In this document: one piece after another, positions 36,626 to 45,611 of the stretch | How positions within the stretch are numbered: the stretch's first letter is position 1 | Layout: each line of letters starts with the position of its first letter | Source: Candidatus Nomurabacteria bacterium | GTDB lineage: Bacteria; Patescibacteriota; Minisyncoccia; Phycocordibacterales; SBAW01 | Assembly (NCBI GenBank): GCA_943349945.1 | Contig: CALQZS010000001.1 | Location: forward strand, 277,953-341,952 | Direction: 5' to 3' | DNA length: 64,000 nt | Made by a program: the position numbers and the translations under genes | Notes under the pieces: model-generated | What the model saw: only the letters and a program-made list of their open reading frames with translations | Database searches by the model: none | What the model was told of the DNA's origin: nothing

Positions 36626-37447
36626 ATGGGAGGAACACTATTTGAAGGTACAACAGGGGAGCGTTTGCGTAAGGTCGTGTTCGTTGCGGTGGGCGCGCTC
36701 GCGCTGTTTTTGGTCATAGAAGTTTTGAGTGGTTTGATGGGACTGCGCTACATAGGTACAGGTGTTGCAGCAACTAATACCATCACTGTTTCGGGCGAGG
36801 GTGAGGTGGTTGCGGTGCCAGACATTGCGACCTTTACGTTTGCTGTGGTGTCGCTTAAGACTACAGTGGCGGATGCACAGACAGACGCAACAGCCAAAGC
36901 AAATGCGGCAACGGCATACTTAAAGGACGCTGGGGTTGATGAAAAAGATATTCAAACCAGCGACTACTCTATCGTGCCGCAGTATGACTATCAGCAAGGT
37001 GTGTGCCCAGCTATAGGTGCGCCAGAAGGGGTGTCGTACTGTCCTCCGGGCCGGCAGGTGCTACGCGGCTACGAAGTGCGCCAAACGACTACAGTAAAGG
37101 TACGCGACACTGCAAAAGCAGGGGAGCTGTTGGCCGGCGTTGGCTCTAAAGGGGCAACTGAAGTCAGTGGACTCAACTTTACGTTTGATAATCCAACCGA
37201 AGTCGAGCAAGAGTCTCGCCGCAAGGCAATAGACGATGCAAAAGACAAAGCGTCCGTGTTGGCAAAACAGCTTGGTGTCTCGTTGGTGCGCGTCGTGTCC
37301 TTTAGCGAAAACGGCGGCGGCTACCCATCGCCTATGTACTACGGAATGGGCGGGGCAGTGGCTCAGGATGCAAAAGTAGCTCCAGAGATATCTGTTGGGC
37401 AAAACAAGCTCACCACAGTGGTCTCGGTTACTTACGAAATCCGCTAA
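36626..37447 (+). CDS. SIMPL (DUF541) domain protein
   Basis: ITVSGEGEVVAVPDIA, DIQTSDYSIVPQY, AIDDAKDKA, VSVTYEI. Confidence 0.9.
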   Translation: MGGTLFEGTTGERLRKVVFVAVGALALFLVIEVLSGLMGLRYIGTGVAATNTITVSGEGEVVAVPDIATFTFAVVSLKTTVADAQTDATAKANAATAYLKDAGVDEKDIQTSDYSIVPQYDYQQGVCPAIGAPEGVSYCPPGRQVLRGYEVRQTTTVKVRDTAKAGELLAGVGSKGATEVSGLNFTFDNPTEVEQESRRKAIDDAKDKASVLAKQLGVSLVRVVSFSENGGGYPSPMYYGMGGAVAQDAKVAPEISVGQNKLTTVVSVTYEIR

Positions 37448-37459
37448 TAACGGTATATA

Positions 37460-37496
37460 CAAAAACCCGCAGCCTACGACAGGTTGCGGGTTTTTG
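37460..37496 (+). terminator. Intrinsic terminator
   Basis: CAAAAACCCGCAGCCT-N5-AGGTTGCGGGTTTTTG. Confidence 0.8.
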
Positions 37497-37501
37497 CTTG
37501 G

Positions 37502-37530
37502 TTGACAAAAGTATATAAGGAGACTATTAT
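37502..37530 (+). promoter_or_regulatory. Sigma70 promoter of secE-nusG
   Basis: TTGACA-N17-TATTAT. Confidence 0.7.
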
Positions 37531-37564
37531 ATGGAGCATAAAAAGCCCTCCGGGGCTTTTAAAA

Positions 37565-37750
37565 ATGGCAAAAAATACTATGTTGCAATATTTCAAAGAC
37601 GTACAAAGCGAGATGCGGCACGTGTCCTGGCCCACCAAACAACAAACCACTGTATATACAGCGGTGGTTATTGCAGTATCTTTGACGACTGCGGTGTACC
37701 TTGGGGTGTGGGACTATGTCTTTGCTGCCCTAGTTAAAGCAATAATCTAA
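37565..37750 (+). CDS. secE: Preprotein translocase SecE
   Basis: EMRHVSWPTKQQT + TM; directly upstream of nusG. Confidence 0.92.
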   Translation: MAKNTMLQYFKDVQSEMRHVSWPTKQQTTVYTAVVIAVSLTTAVYLGVWDYVFAALVKAII

Positions 37751-37754
37751 CTAT

Positions 37755-38306
37755 ATGAGTAAACAAGACTCCAGTGTTGGGCGGGCGTGGTATGCGATAC
37801 ACACCTATGCCGGGTATGAAAACGCGGTGGCGCGTAACTTGCGCCAGCGTATAGAGTCGCTTGGCATCTCGGACAAAATTTTTAACGTAGTGGTTCCTAC
37901 AGAGCGCACCATTAAAATCAAAGGTGGTCGTCGCGTAGAGGAAGAAGAAAAGGTCTACCCAGGCTACGTGTTGGTAGAGATGTCCGTGGACGACCAGTCT
38001 TGGTTTGTGGTGCGCAACACTCCGCGCGTGACGGGGTTCGTAGGCTCGGGCGTAAACCCTGTGCCACTCAAACAATCAGAAGTCGACACACTCCTTGGCC
38101 GCATGCAAGAAAAGGAAGGTGCGGTAAAACATGCTATAGACTTTGCCGCCGGGGACTCGGTGGTCATTGTGGACGGGCCGTTTAAAGACCTGGATGGCAA
38201 GGTGGGCGAGGTAGATGAGGCGCGCGGCAAGGTAAAGGTGCTTGTGTCTATGTTTGGTCGCGAAACACCCGTCGAGTTGGATTTTTTGCAAATTAAGCGC
38301 ATTTAA
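37755..38306 (+). CDS. nusG: Transcription factor NusG
   Basis: WYAIHTYAGYE, YPGYVLVEM, VRNTPRVTGFVG, MFGRETPVEL. Confidence 0.98.
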   Translation: MSKQDSSVGRAWYAIHTYAGYENAVARNLRQRIESLGISDKIFNVVVPTERTIKIKGGRRVEEEEKVYPGYVLVEMSVDDQSWFVVRNTPRVTGFVGSGVNPVPLKQSEVDTLLGRMQEKEGAVKHAIDFAAGDSVVIVDGPFKDLDGKVGEVDEARGKVKVLVSMFGRETPVELDFLQIKRI

Positions 38307-38327
38307 GGTAGTATCCCCAAACACGAT

Positions 38328-38750
38328 ATGGCAAAGAAAATCACCAAAAAAATAAAGATTATCGCCCCAGCAGGTAAGGCTACTCCTGCGCCTCCACTTG
38401 GTACCACTTTGGGCCCAGCCGGCATCAACATTGGCGAGTTCGTTAAGAAGTTTAACGATGCGACGCAGCCGATGATCGGTAACCTCATTCCTTGTGAGAT
38501 AACCATCTACGAGGACCGCTCGTACGACTTTATCCTCAAGACTCCTCCAGCATCAGGTCTTATCATGAAGGCACTGGGCAAGGAGAAGGGCTCGGGCAAA
38601 CCAAATACTGCAAAAATCGGCACCCTGTCTAAAGACCAGCTTCGCGCAATCGCAGAGCAAAAAATGGTAGACCTAAACGCAAACGACGTAGAGGCCGCAA
38701 TGAAAATAATCGCCGGCTCTGCTCGCTCGATGGGGGTGGACGTTAAATAA
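38328..38750 (+). CDS. rplK: 50S ribosomal protein L11
   Basis: [26 protein letters not shown]. Confidence 0.98.
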   Translation: MAKKITKKIKIIAPAGKATPAPPLGTTLGPAGINIGEFVKKFNDATQPMIGNLIPCEITIYEDRSYDFILKTPPASGLIMKALGKEKGSGKPNTAKIGTLSKDQLRAIAEQKMVDLNANDVEAAMKIIAGSARSMGVDVK

Positions 38751-38772
38751 ACATTTCTCAAGTGCTAAAAAT

Positions 38773-38798
38773 AAAACCGCCTCAATGAGGCGGTTTTT
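38773..38798 (+). terminator. Intrinsic terminator directly after rplK
   Basis: AAAACCGCCTCA-A-TGAGGCGGTTTTT. Confidence 0.85.
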
Positions 38799-38832
38799 GT
38801 TGTCTGTACGTAGACGGTCTGGCGCCGTTTCG

Positions 38833-39423
38833 TCAGAATTTGGCGAGCTGCGGTCGCGCCGGAAATAGAGTCAACGCAACAACAACACCCGGCACGAATA
38901 AGTAAATTAGTGGCTGTGCAGCAGACTCAATCGACCATTGCCGGAGAGCCACTAAGATACAGATTGAAGAAACCATCATGAGAATCCATGGTAGCGGCTT
39001 CTCGACCTCTGGGTTGAGCCAGACTTCCTTAAATAGTGGAAATGAGCCTAGAACAACAGCTAGTGAGTTGAAGACGACTCCCCATAAAGGATCTCCAGTA
39101 CTTTGCCATAGTGCGATCGACGTGCCGGCCAAAACAATGCACGCCACGTCAAACGTAGACCATGCCCAGGCCTTGCCATAGCGCAAGGTGAGTACGAGCA
39201 CGACAACATCTGCGCCAGTTGTGCTAAGAATCTGGAGATTCAACGTGCCTGCTTCATACATACTCAATGTGAGCAGGGTTGATAGGACGGTCCAGACCAG
39301 CCACGTTGCCTTGGTGGGCAATATGGTGCCTCGTAGGATGCCCAGTATATAAAAAAGGGTTGCTACAGGCACCAAAACGGCGGACAGTATTTCAAGCAGT
39401 GTTCGAAACTCAGGCACGCACAC
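38833..39423 (-). CDS. Hypothetical polytopic membrane protein (PQ-loop-like duplicated 3-TM)
   Basis: GILRGTILPTKATWLVW and FPLFKEVWLNPEVEKPLPW repeats. Confidence 0.65.
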   Translation of the reverse strand: MCVPEFRTLLEILSAVLVPVATLFYILGILRGTILPTKATWLVWTVLSTLLTLSMYEAGTLNLQILSTTGADVVVLVLTLRYGKAWAWSTFDVACIVLAGTSIALWQSTGDPLWGVVFNSLAVVLGSFPLFKEVWLNPEVEKPLPWILMMVSSICILVALRQWSIESAAQPLIYLFVPGVVVALTLFPARPQLAKF

Positions 39424-39515
39424 CTCCTGTTTATTGAGCGCTCATTAGTAGCGCAAGATCAAGCTTGCTGCATAGTGACAGATATCCTCTTATTGTCAAT
39501 AGATTAGCTAGAGAA

Positions 39516-40013
39516 CTAGCGTTCCAAAGTAGTCCACCTATAGTTGAGGCCGTTGTGTTGATGTTTTTCCTCGAGTATTTTTTTGGTAAAAAGATGTTCG
39601 TAGGCGGGGAAGTATGTATCAGCTGGCTTCTCGTCATCCACTAACGTGAGGTAAAGACGGTCAACAAAAGGCAGTGCTTGTTCGTACAGTTGTGCGCCAC
39701 CGCCAATATGTATTTCCACATCATCTAACGCCCGTGCTTTTTCTAACCCTTCTTCAAGTGAGTGAGCTACCAACACACCTTCGTGGTGCCAGGTTGGGTC
39801 GCGCGTAATTACAATGTTGGTGCGTCCTGGGAGTGGTGTGCCTAGTAGTGCAAGAATAGACTCAAACGTCTTGCGACCCATAATAACGGGGTGTCCCAAG
39901 GTAAGTGCTTTAAAGCGTCTCAAGTCTTCTGGAATATGCCACAATAGTCCTCCCGCATTTCCGATTTCTCGGTTTTTACCTACCGCAACAACAATACTTA
40001 CGCGGGCTGCCAT
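39516..40013 (-). CDS. folA: Dihydrofolate reductase
   Basis: IGNAGGLLWHIPEDLRRFK, IMGRKTFESI, LPGRTNIV, IGGGAQLY, DTYFP. Confidence 0.96.
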   Translation of the reverse strand: MAARVSIVVAVGKNREIGNAGGLLWHIPEDLRRFKALTLGHPVIMGRKTFESILALLGTPLPGRTNIVITRDPTWHHEGVLVAHSLEEGLEKARALDDVEIHIGGGAQLYEQALPFVDRLYLTLVDDEKPADTYFPAYEHLFTKKILEEKHQHNGLNYRWTTLER

Positions 40014-40015
40014 AT

Positions 40016-40657
40016 TTACGCTTTCTTTTTTACTGCGAACTCTTTCTTTAGTTTTTTGATGTCTCCATTGAACACAAACTTCATTTCTGCTGATTTTTCT
40101 TTTTTGCCTTTGTCGACAACATCTTTTTGATGCCAACGACTCTTACGTGCTTCAACGGGGTGCGCTAGTTCTTCGAACACAATTTGGCAAAAACGCTCGC
40201 CAGGATGGAGTTGGATCACTTGCGAGTTAGTGTTATTGCGGATGGGGAGCGTGAGTGGGCCTTCATATCCCGAGTCGATAATACCAGTAAGGTCTACCGA
40301 GAGACCTTTGCGGTTGACCGATGAGCGAGGGTAGAGGATTGCCATAAGGTCGTTGGGAATTTTAATTGTTTCGAATGTAGAAACTAGGACATACTCCTCG
40401 GGCAGAAGGTCAAAGTGTTGCCCTTGTTCAAGCTCTATAACATCAAAATATTCTGGGCCGTGGTCGCGCAAAGGGTCAATACTGAGCGCCTCGCGTCCTT
40501 GGTCGGTCATGCGCCATGCCTTTGGGATAAGGAAGGTAAACCCAAGCCGGAGGTCGACAGCATGGGCTTGGAGTTGGAAGCTGTCGAGACCTGGGTTAAT
40601 GCCAATGTTGCCACTGTGTACGCGCTCGAGGATTTCTTGTTTGGTAAGTATAGACAT
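40016..40657 (-). CDS. dcd: dCTP deaminase/dUTPase-fold protein (catalytic Glu replaced by Pro)
   Basis: VDLRLG, RSSVNRKG, IIDSGYEG, PGERFCQIVF; LTLPI instead of the usual LE. Confidence 0.85.
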   Translation of the reverse strand: MSILTKQEILERVHSGNIGINPGLDSFQLQAHAVDLRLGFTFLIPKAWRMTDQGREALSIDPLRDHGPEYFDVIELEQGQHFDLLPEEYVLVSTFETIKIPNDLMAILYPRSSVNRKGLSVDLTGIIDSGYEGPLTLPIRNNTNSQVIQLHPGERFCQIVFEELAHPVEARKSRWHQKDVVDKGKKEKSAEMKFVFNGDIKKLKKEFAVKKKA

Positions 40658-40662
40658 ATGAG

Positions 40663-41499
40663 TTATAAGACAACGTGTAATCCTGAAATGGCAGGCAATG
40701 GGGTGTACTGATTTTCAAAACTGGCGACCAGCTCTGCCGCTAGCTTCCTGTCCTTTTTTTCTGCACGGTCGAACGCATTTTTTGGCATGGCTACCCGGAT
40801 TGGTTTATGAGTAGGCTTGCGCTTCAAGAGTTCTTTTACGGCTGCATACTGGTTGTCATATATATGTGCGTTGGAAATTGAGTGCGAATATACGCCAACT
40901 TTGACGCCAAGTTTTTGTGCCAGTATGCACTGCAACAATGCAAACCCGGCGACGTCAGCAGGGAAGCCAAGTACCATGTCGTTTGAACGCACAATGTTGT
41001 GTAGGTGCAGTCGGCCGCCAATAATATTTACGGTAAAGGAATAGGGGCACGGCACATTTTTCTTTTTAAACAAACTGAGTCCATCGCTTGCTGGATCCCA
41101 GGTGATGATAACGCCATGGCGCGAGCTAGGTTCTTTTTTAAGGAGGTCAACAAGTTTGCCGAGCTGATCGCGACCAAAATGTTTGCGCCACCTGTAGCCG
41201 TAGGCAACGGTTACCACGTCTGCTGGGTTGGTAAAGCTGTCCCAGATTTTTGTGTACTCACGTAAAAAGTCTGCAGGCTTGCGTGTGCCAGCAATAAACC
41301 ATATCTGCTCGGCCACGAACATCTTTATTGGGATTTTGCGGAGTGTTAAAAGAGGGAAGCCATCTTTTTCGATATCTATAGAAAAATGTACGCCGGGGAG
41401 CGCGGCTGTTTCGTGTCCCGTACGCTGTGATTGCTCGCGAATGCCTTTTTTAAAAATTTGGCCAAGCATGTCCTGGTAGATTCGGTCGAAAGTGGCCAT
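40663..41499 (-). CDS. thyA: Thymidylate synthase-family protein with Asp at the base-specificity position
   Basis: FPLLTLRK, YGYRWR, DQL, SRH, VPC151, RSNDMVLGFPAD182, HIYDNQ. Confidence 0.9.
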   Translation of the reverse strand: MATFDRIYQDMLGQIFKKGIREQSQRTGHETAALPGVHFSIDIEKDGFPLLTLRKIPIKMFVAEQIWFIAGTRKPADFLREYTKIWDSFTNPADVVTVAYGYRWRKHFGRDQLGKLVDLLKKEPSSRHGVIITWDPASDGLSLFKKKNVPCPYSFTVNIIGGRLHLHNIVRSNDMVLGFPADVAGFALLQCILAQKLGVKVGVYSHSISNAHIYDNQYAAVKELLKRKPTHKPIRVAMPKNAFDRAEKKDRKLAAELVASFENQYTPLPAISGLHVVL

Positions 41500-41585
41500 G
41501 CGGCAATTATAGGGGTAGGCAGGGGAGGCTACAAGGTAGAGCTTTTTGGCACATATGGTATAAATGCCAAGGAAAGGATGATGCT

Positions 41586-42071
41586 ATGAATATTACATAC
41601 CCGTATCTTCCGCCTAATCGAAGTTTTTTGTACGTCGCTGCTGAGCATCCGCACATGGTTGCTGCAAAAAACCACGCACGGGAGCATTCTTTGGACGCCA
41701 CTGTTCCTACAGGATCGGTTGTAGTGGTGGGGGATATGGTCGTAGGTCGGGGGGCAAACGGCAGTACCTACCACGAAGATCATGGATGTGAGCGTGTGCG
41801 GCAAGGGGTGCCCACAGGACAAAGGTATGACCTGTGCGAAGGGTGCCACCCAAAAAACCACAGCGAGTTACGTGCGATTGCGGATGCGCAGGCACAAGGA
41901 CATCAACTAGCCGGAGCAAGTTTGTACTTGTGGGGTCACTGGTGGGCATGCCAAGATTGTTGGGAAGCGATCATCGCTGCAGGTATTACAGATGTGTTCC
42001 TTGTAGCAGGTAGCGAGAAGCTATTTAACAGAGACCACCCAGACAATAGTATTGGCCGGCAGTTTGCATAA
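41586..42071 (+). CDS. dCMP deaminase-like Zn-dependent deaminase (ComEB-like)
   Basis: GCER..GVPTGQRYDLC, HSE, WACQDC. Confidence 0.85.
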   Translation: MNITYPYLPPNRSFLYVAAEHPHMVAAKNHAREHSLDATVPTGSVVVVGDMVVGRGANGSTYHEDHGCERVRQGVPTGQRYDLCEGCHPKNHSELRAIADAQAQGHQLAGASLYLWGHWWACQDCWEAIIAAGITDVFLVAGSEKLFNRDHPDNSIGRQFA

Positions 42072-42088
42072 GCTGCCGGTATTTTTTT

Positions 42089-42790
42089 ATGAAACACAAA
42101 GGAAAACTAATTGTTATTGATGGATCCGACGGGGTGGGGAAGGCCACCCAGACAAAACTGCTTGTAGAGCGACTCAAAAAAGAGAAAATCCCCGTAGCGA
42201 CGCTCGACTTCCCACAGTACGAGAGCAATTTTTTTGGCAAACTGGTGGGAGGCTGCTTGGCCGGCAAGTATGGGGACTTTGTTGCGCTCGATCCGCATAT
42301 TGCATCGGTGCTCTATGCGGCCGACAGATTTGAGTCGAAGGCAAAAATAGAAAAGTGGCTGCGCGAGGGCAAGGTGGTGGTCTTGGACCGGTATGTAAGC
42401 GCCAACCAAATGCACCAAGGTGGCAAAATCCGCGATGCGCGTGCGCGGAAAAACTTTCTAACCTGGCTCGACCAGATGGAGCATGGTGTGTTTGGGCTGC
42501 CGCGGCCCGACCTTATTTTGTGTCTCCACTTGCCCTTGGAGATGTCGCTGCAGCTTTTGGCTCAAAAAAGTGCCACAGAAAAAAAGAAATATTTAGGGAA
42601 GGGGGTAGTAAAGGATACGGTAGAAAGCGATGCTCGCTACCTACTTAATGCGCAAGAAGGGGCGCTCAAGTTGGTAAAGGCGCACAATAATTGGCAAAAA
42701 ATAACCTGTGCGGTGCGGGGTGCTATTTTGCCACGCGAGGACATACACGAGCGGCTGTGGGCAATTGTCCGCACACACCTTCCGCGGTAA
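42089..42790 (+). CDS. tmk: Thymidylate kinase
   Basis: IDGSDGVGKATQ, FPQY, LYAADR, LDRYVSAN, PRPDL. Confidence 0.92.
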   Translation: MKHKGKLIVIDGSDGVGKATQTKLLVERLKKEKIPVATLDFPQYESNFFGKLVGGCLAGKYGDFVALDPHIASVLYAADRFESKAKIEKWLREGKVVVLDRYVSANQMHQGGKIRDARARKNFLTWLDQMEHGVFGLPRPDLILCLHLPLEMSLQLLAQKSATEKKKYLGKGVVKDTVESDARYLLNAQEGALKLVKAHNNWQKITCAVRGAILPREDIHERLWAIVRTHLPR

Positions 42791-42800
42791 CATACACGAT

Positions 42801-43136
42801 ATGGATTTTAACGAGTATCAACAGACGGCCAACAAGACGGCCACATACTCAAAAAATGACCAAGAGTATAAACTGATGTACTTGTCTTTGGGTTTGGCGG
42901 GCGAGACAGGCGAGGTTATCGAAAAAATAAAGAAAATCATTCGCAACGATGGAGCAGTGGTGAGTGAAGAAAAAAAGCACTTACTTATGCACGAGCTGGG
43001 CGACGTGTTGTGGTACCTTTCGCAAATGGCCAAAGAGCTTGATGTGTCGTTTGACGAAGTTGCGGCGGCAAACCTGCAAAAACTTGCAGACCGCGCAGCG
43101 CGTGGGGCCATCAAGAGCGAAGGGGATACGCGATAA
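42801..43136 (+). CDS. MazG-like all-alpha NTP pyrophosphohydrolase
   Basis: LGLAGETGEVIEKIKK, ELGDVLWYL, NLQKLADR..RG. Confidence 0.9.
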   Translation: MDFNEYQQTANKTATYSKNDQEYKLMYLSLGLAGETGEVIEKIKKIIRNDGAVVSEEKKHLLMHELGDVLWYLSQMAKELDVSFDEVAAANLQKLADRAARGAIKSEGDTR

Positions 43137-43196
43137 ATTTTTATGATCTAAGTTTTACACAGCACGGCACGTTTAGTTACCTAACCGATTTTTACT

Positions 43197-44465
43197 ATGC
43201 AAGAATACGACGCAATCAAAAAACAAGACGCTGAGGTGTATGGGGCAATTATGGGCGAGGAAAAACGCGAAGCAGAGGGTCTGGAACTTATTCCATCCGA
43301 AAACTATGTATCTCGTGCGGTGCGCGAGGCAAACGGATCTATTTTGACCAACAAGTATTCCGAAGGATACGCAGGACGGCGTTACTATGGCGGGCAGGAG
43401 TTTACTGATGTGGTGGAGACGCTAGCGATAGAGCGTGCAAAAAAACTTTTTAACTGCCAATTTGTAAATGTGCAGCCGCACGCGGGCGCTCCTGCAAACG
43501 TGGCGACGTACTTTGCGCTGCTAGAGCCCGGCGACACCATTATGGGTATGGACCTCTCGCATGGCGGCCACCTAACCCATGGTCACCCCGTTACCTACAT
43601 CACCAAAATATTTAACTTCGTGCGTTACAAGATGAAGAACGTCGAGACAGGCGAGATAGACTACGACGACATGCTCGAAGTGGCCAAGCGCGAGCGACCA
43701 AAGGTAATTATGGCGGGCTTCTCGGCCTATCCGCGCGAGCTCGACTACGCAAAATTTGCCGCAATTGCAAAAGAGGTGGGTGCCTTGGTTATTGCCGACA
43801 TGGCGCATATCTCGGGGCTTATTGCGGGGAAGGCGGTTAAGAATCCTTTTGACTATGGGTTTGATGTTATCCTCACGACCACACACAAGACACTTCGTGG
43901 CCCGCGCGGCGGCATGATCTTGACTCGCGAGAGCGAGGAGATTGCCAAAAAAATAGACAAGTCAGTTTTCCCAGGTTTCCAAGGGGGGCCTTTGATGAAC
44001 ACAATTGCCGCAAAAGCAGTTGCGTTTGAAGAAGCGCTGCATCCCAGTTTCCAGACCTACGCGGCGCAGATACTCAAAAACGCAAAAGCTATGGAAGACG
44101 TGCTTCGTGCCCGCAATGTGCGGATGATAACAGGCGGCACATCCAACCACCTTATATTGGCAGATGTCTTTGGGTCGCTGGGGGTTACGGGGCACGAAGC
44201 TGAGACCGTGCTCGACTCGGTGGGTATTACGCTCAACAAAAATATGATAGCCGACGACCCACGCAAGCCTATGGACCCTTCAGGCATCCGCTTTGGTACA
44301 CCGGCTATTACTACTCGCGGGCTTAAAGAAGTAGAAAGCGCAAAAGTTGCAAGCTTTATGATAGACGCGCTCGAGCAGCGTGCGGACAAAAATAAACTAG
44401 AAGGTATTCACAAAGAGATTAAACAGCTGTGTGCCGCATTCCCCATCCCTGAGTCGTTTGTGTAG
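43197..44465 (+). CDS. glyA: Serine hydroxymethyltransferase
   Basis: LIPSENY, NKYSEGY, GGHLTHG, TTTHKTLRGPRGG, SGIRFGTPA. Confidence 0.98.
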   Translation: MQEYDAIKKQDAEVYGAIMGEEKREAEGLELIPSENYVSRAVREANGSILTNKYSEGYAGRRYYGGQEFTDVVETLAIERAKKLFNCQFVNVQPHAGAPANVATYFALLEPGDTIMGMDLSHGGHLTHGHPVTYITKIFNFVRYKMKNVETGEIDYDDMLEVAKRERPKVIMAGFSAYPRELDYAKFAAIAKEVGALVIADMAHISGLIAGKAVKNPFDYGFDVILTTTHKTLRGPRGGMILTRESEEIAKKIDKSVFPGFQGGPLMNTIAAKAVAFEEALHPSFQTYAAQILKNAKAMEDVLRARNVRMITGGTSNHLILADVFGSLGVTGHEAETVLDSVGITLNKNMIADDPRKPMDPSGIRFGTPAITTRGLKEVESAKVASFMIDALEQRADKNKLEGIHKEIKQLCAAFPIPESFV

Positions 44466-44489
44466 GGGAGTGGATGGTACAGTAAAGAG

Positions 44490-45593
44490 GTGAGAGTACT
44501 ACGCAGTGTATCCACCAAAGCGGTGCGCACGTGGCAACGCTATGAGCGCCATATTAGCCTGGGCGCTGTCTTTGGCGGCTTTACCTTTGATCTCTTTTTT
44601 ATCACCGGCCCCGATAATATTATCGACAACCTGTTGCTGTTGGCGTACCTGCTGCTGGCGGCAATAATCATTGTGCTGCTCAATGTGCGTTCGCGTGCGC
44701 AGATGGACAGGGAAAGCCGCACCGAGCCGCTGATACTTTTGTTTGTGTTGCAGTTTTGTTTTGGTGCCTTGGCAAGCAACCTGCTTATTTTGTATGGCAA
44801 AAGCGGCACCTTGGGCAGTAGTGCTCTGTTTATAGGCCTGCTTGTAGCGTTTATTTTTGGTAATGAGTTTTTAAAAAATCGCTACGCGCAGTTGCGGTTA
44901 AATATTGCGGTCTATTATTTTTTGGTGCTGACGTATGTAACTATCGCGCTTCCTACGTTCGTGCTGCATGGCATAGGTGCGCAAGTGTTTATCATCAGCG
45001 GCATTGTGAGCTTGGCCGTTATTGCCGTATTCTTGGCAGCTATTTTTGTGTTCGTATTTAAGCGCAAAGAGCAACGTCGCATGTGGGAAGTTTCGGCGTT
45101 GGTGGGGATTATTTTTATGCTCTTTAACGGACTCTATTTTTTAAACATCATTCCGCCGGTGCCGTTGGCGCTTAAAGACATTGGGATATATCACACCTTG
45201 GTGCGGCAGGGCACTAATTACGACGCAACATACGAAGCGGCCCCGTGGTATGCATTTTGGCGCGACACCAGCGCCACGTACACGGCGGTGCCGGGCAAGT
45301 ATGCGTACTGCTTTAGCGCGGTGTATGCGCCGGGCGAACTATCGGCCTCGGTGGTACATCGTTGGGAGCAGTATGACGCTGCAGCAAAAGAGTGGCAGGC
45401 TCGCTCCGTCGTTTCCTTTCCTATAAATGGCGGGCGCGAGGGTGGCTACCGCGGCTGGAGCAACAAAGCAGGCCTGGAGGCGGGGAAGTGGCGCTGTAAT
45501 GTCGAAACAACTCGCGGGCAACTTATTGGCCGCACCACATTTACGGTAGTAGAGAGTGAGGCTGCTCCCGCACTTTCCACAATCACCCTTTAG
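44490..45593 (+). CDS. Multi-TM protein with C-terminal DUF2914-like domain
   Basis: About 7 TM, then YCFSAVYAP, HRW, GGREGGYRGWS, GKWRCNVET. Confidence 0.8.
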   Translation: MRVLRSVSTKAVRTWQRYERHISLGAVFGGFTFDLFFITGPDNIIDNLLLLAYLLLAAIIIVLLNVRSRAQMDRESRTEPLILLFVLQFCFGALASNLLILYGKSGTLGSSALFIGLLVAFIFGNEFLKNRYAQLRLNIAVYYFLVLTYVTIALPTFVLHGIGAQVFIISGIVSLAVIAVFLAAIFVFVFKRKEQRRMWEVSALVGIIFMLFNGLYFLNIIPPVPLALKDIGIYHTLVRQGTNYDATYEAAPWYAFWRDTSATYTAVPGKYAYCFSAVYAPGELSASVVHRWEQYDAAAKEWQARSVVSFPINGGREGGYRGWSNKAGLEAGKWRCNVETTRGQLIGRTTFTVVESEAAPALSTITL

Positions 45594-45611
45594 CTGGTAC
45601 TGTAGTCTGGT

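Noticed and set aside
41586-42071. TadA or antiphage dCTP deaminase
   Set aside because: Has the ComEB/dCMP-deaminase-type Cys-rich insert, no kinase domain, and sits in a thymidylate cluster
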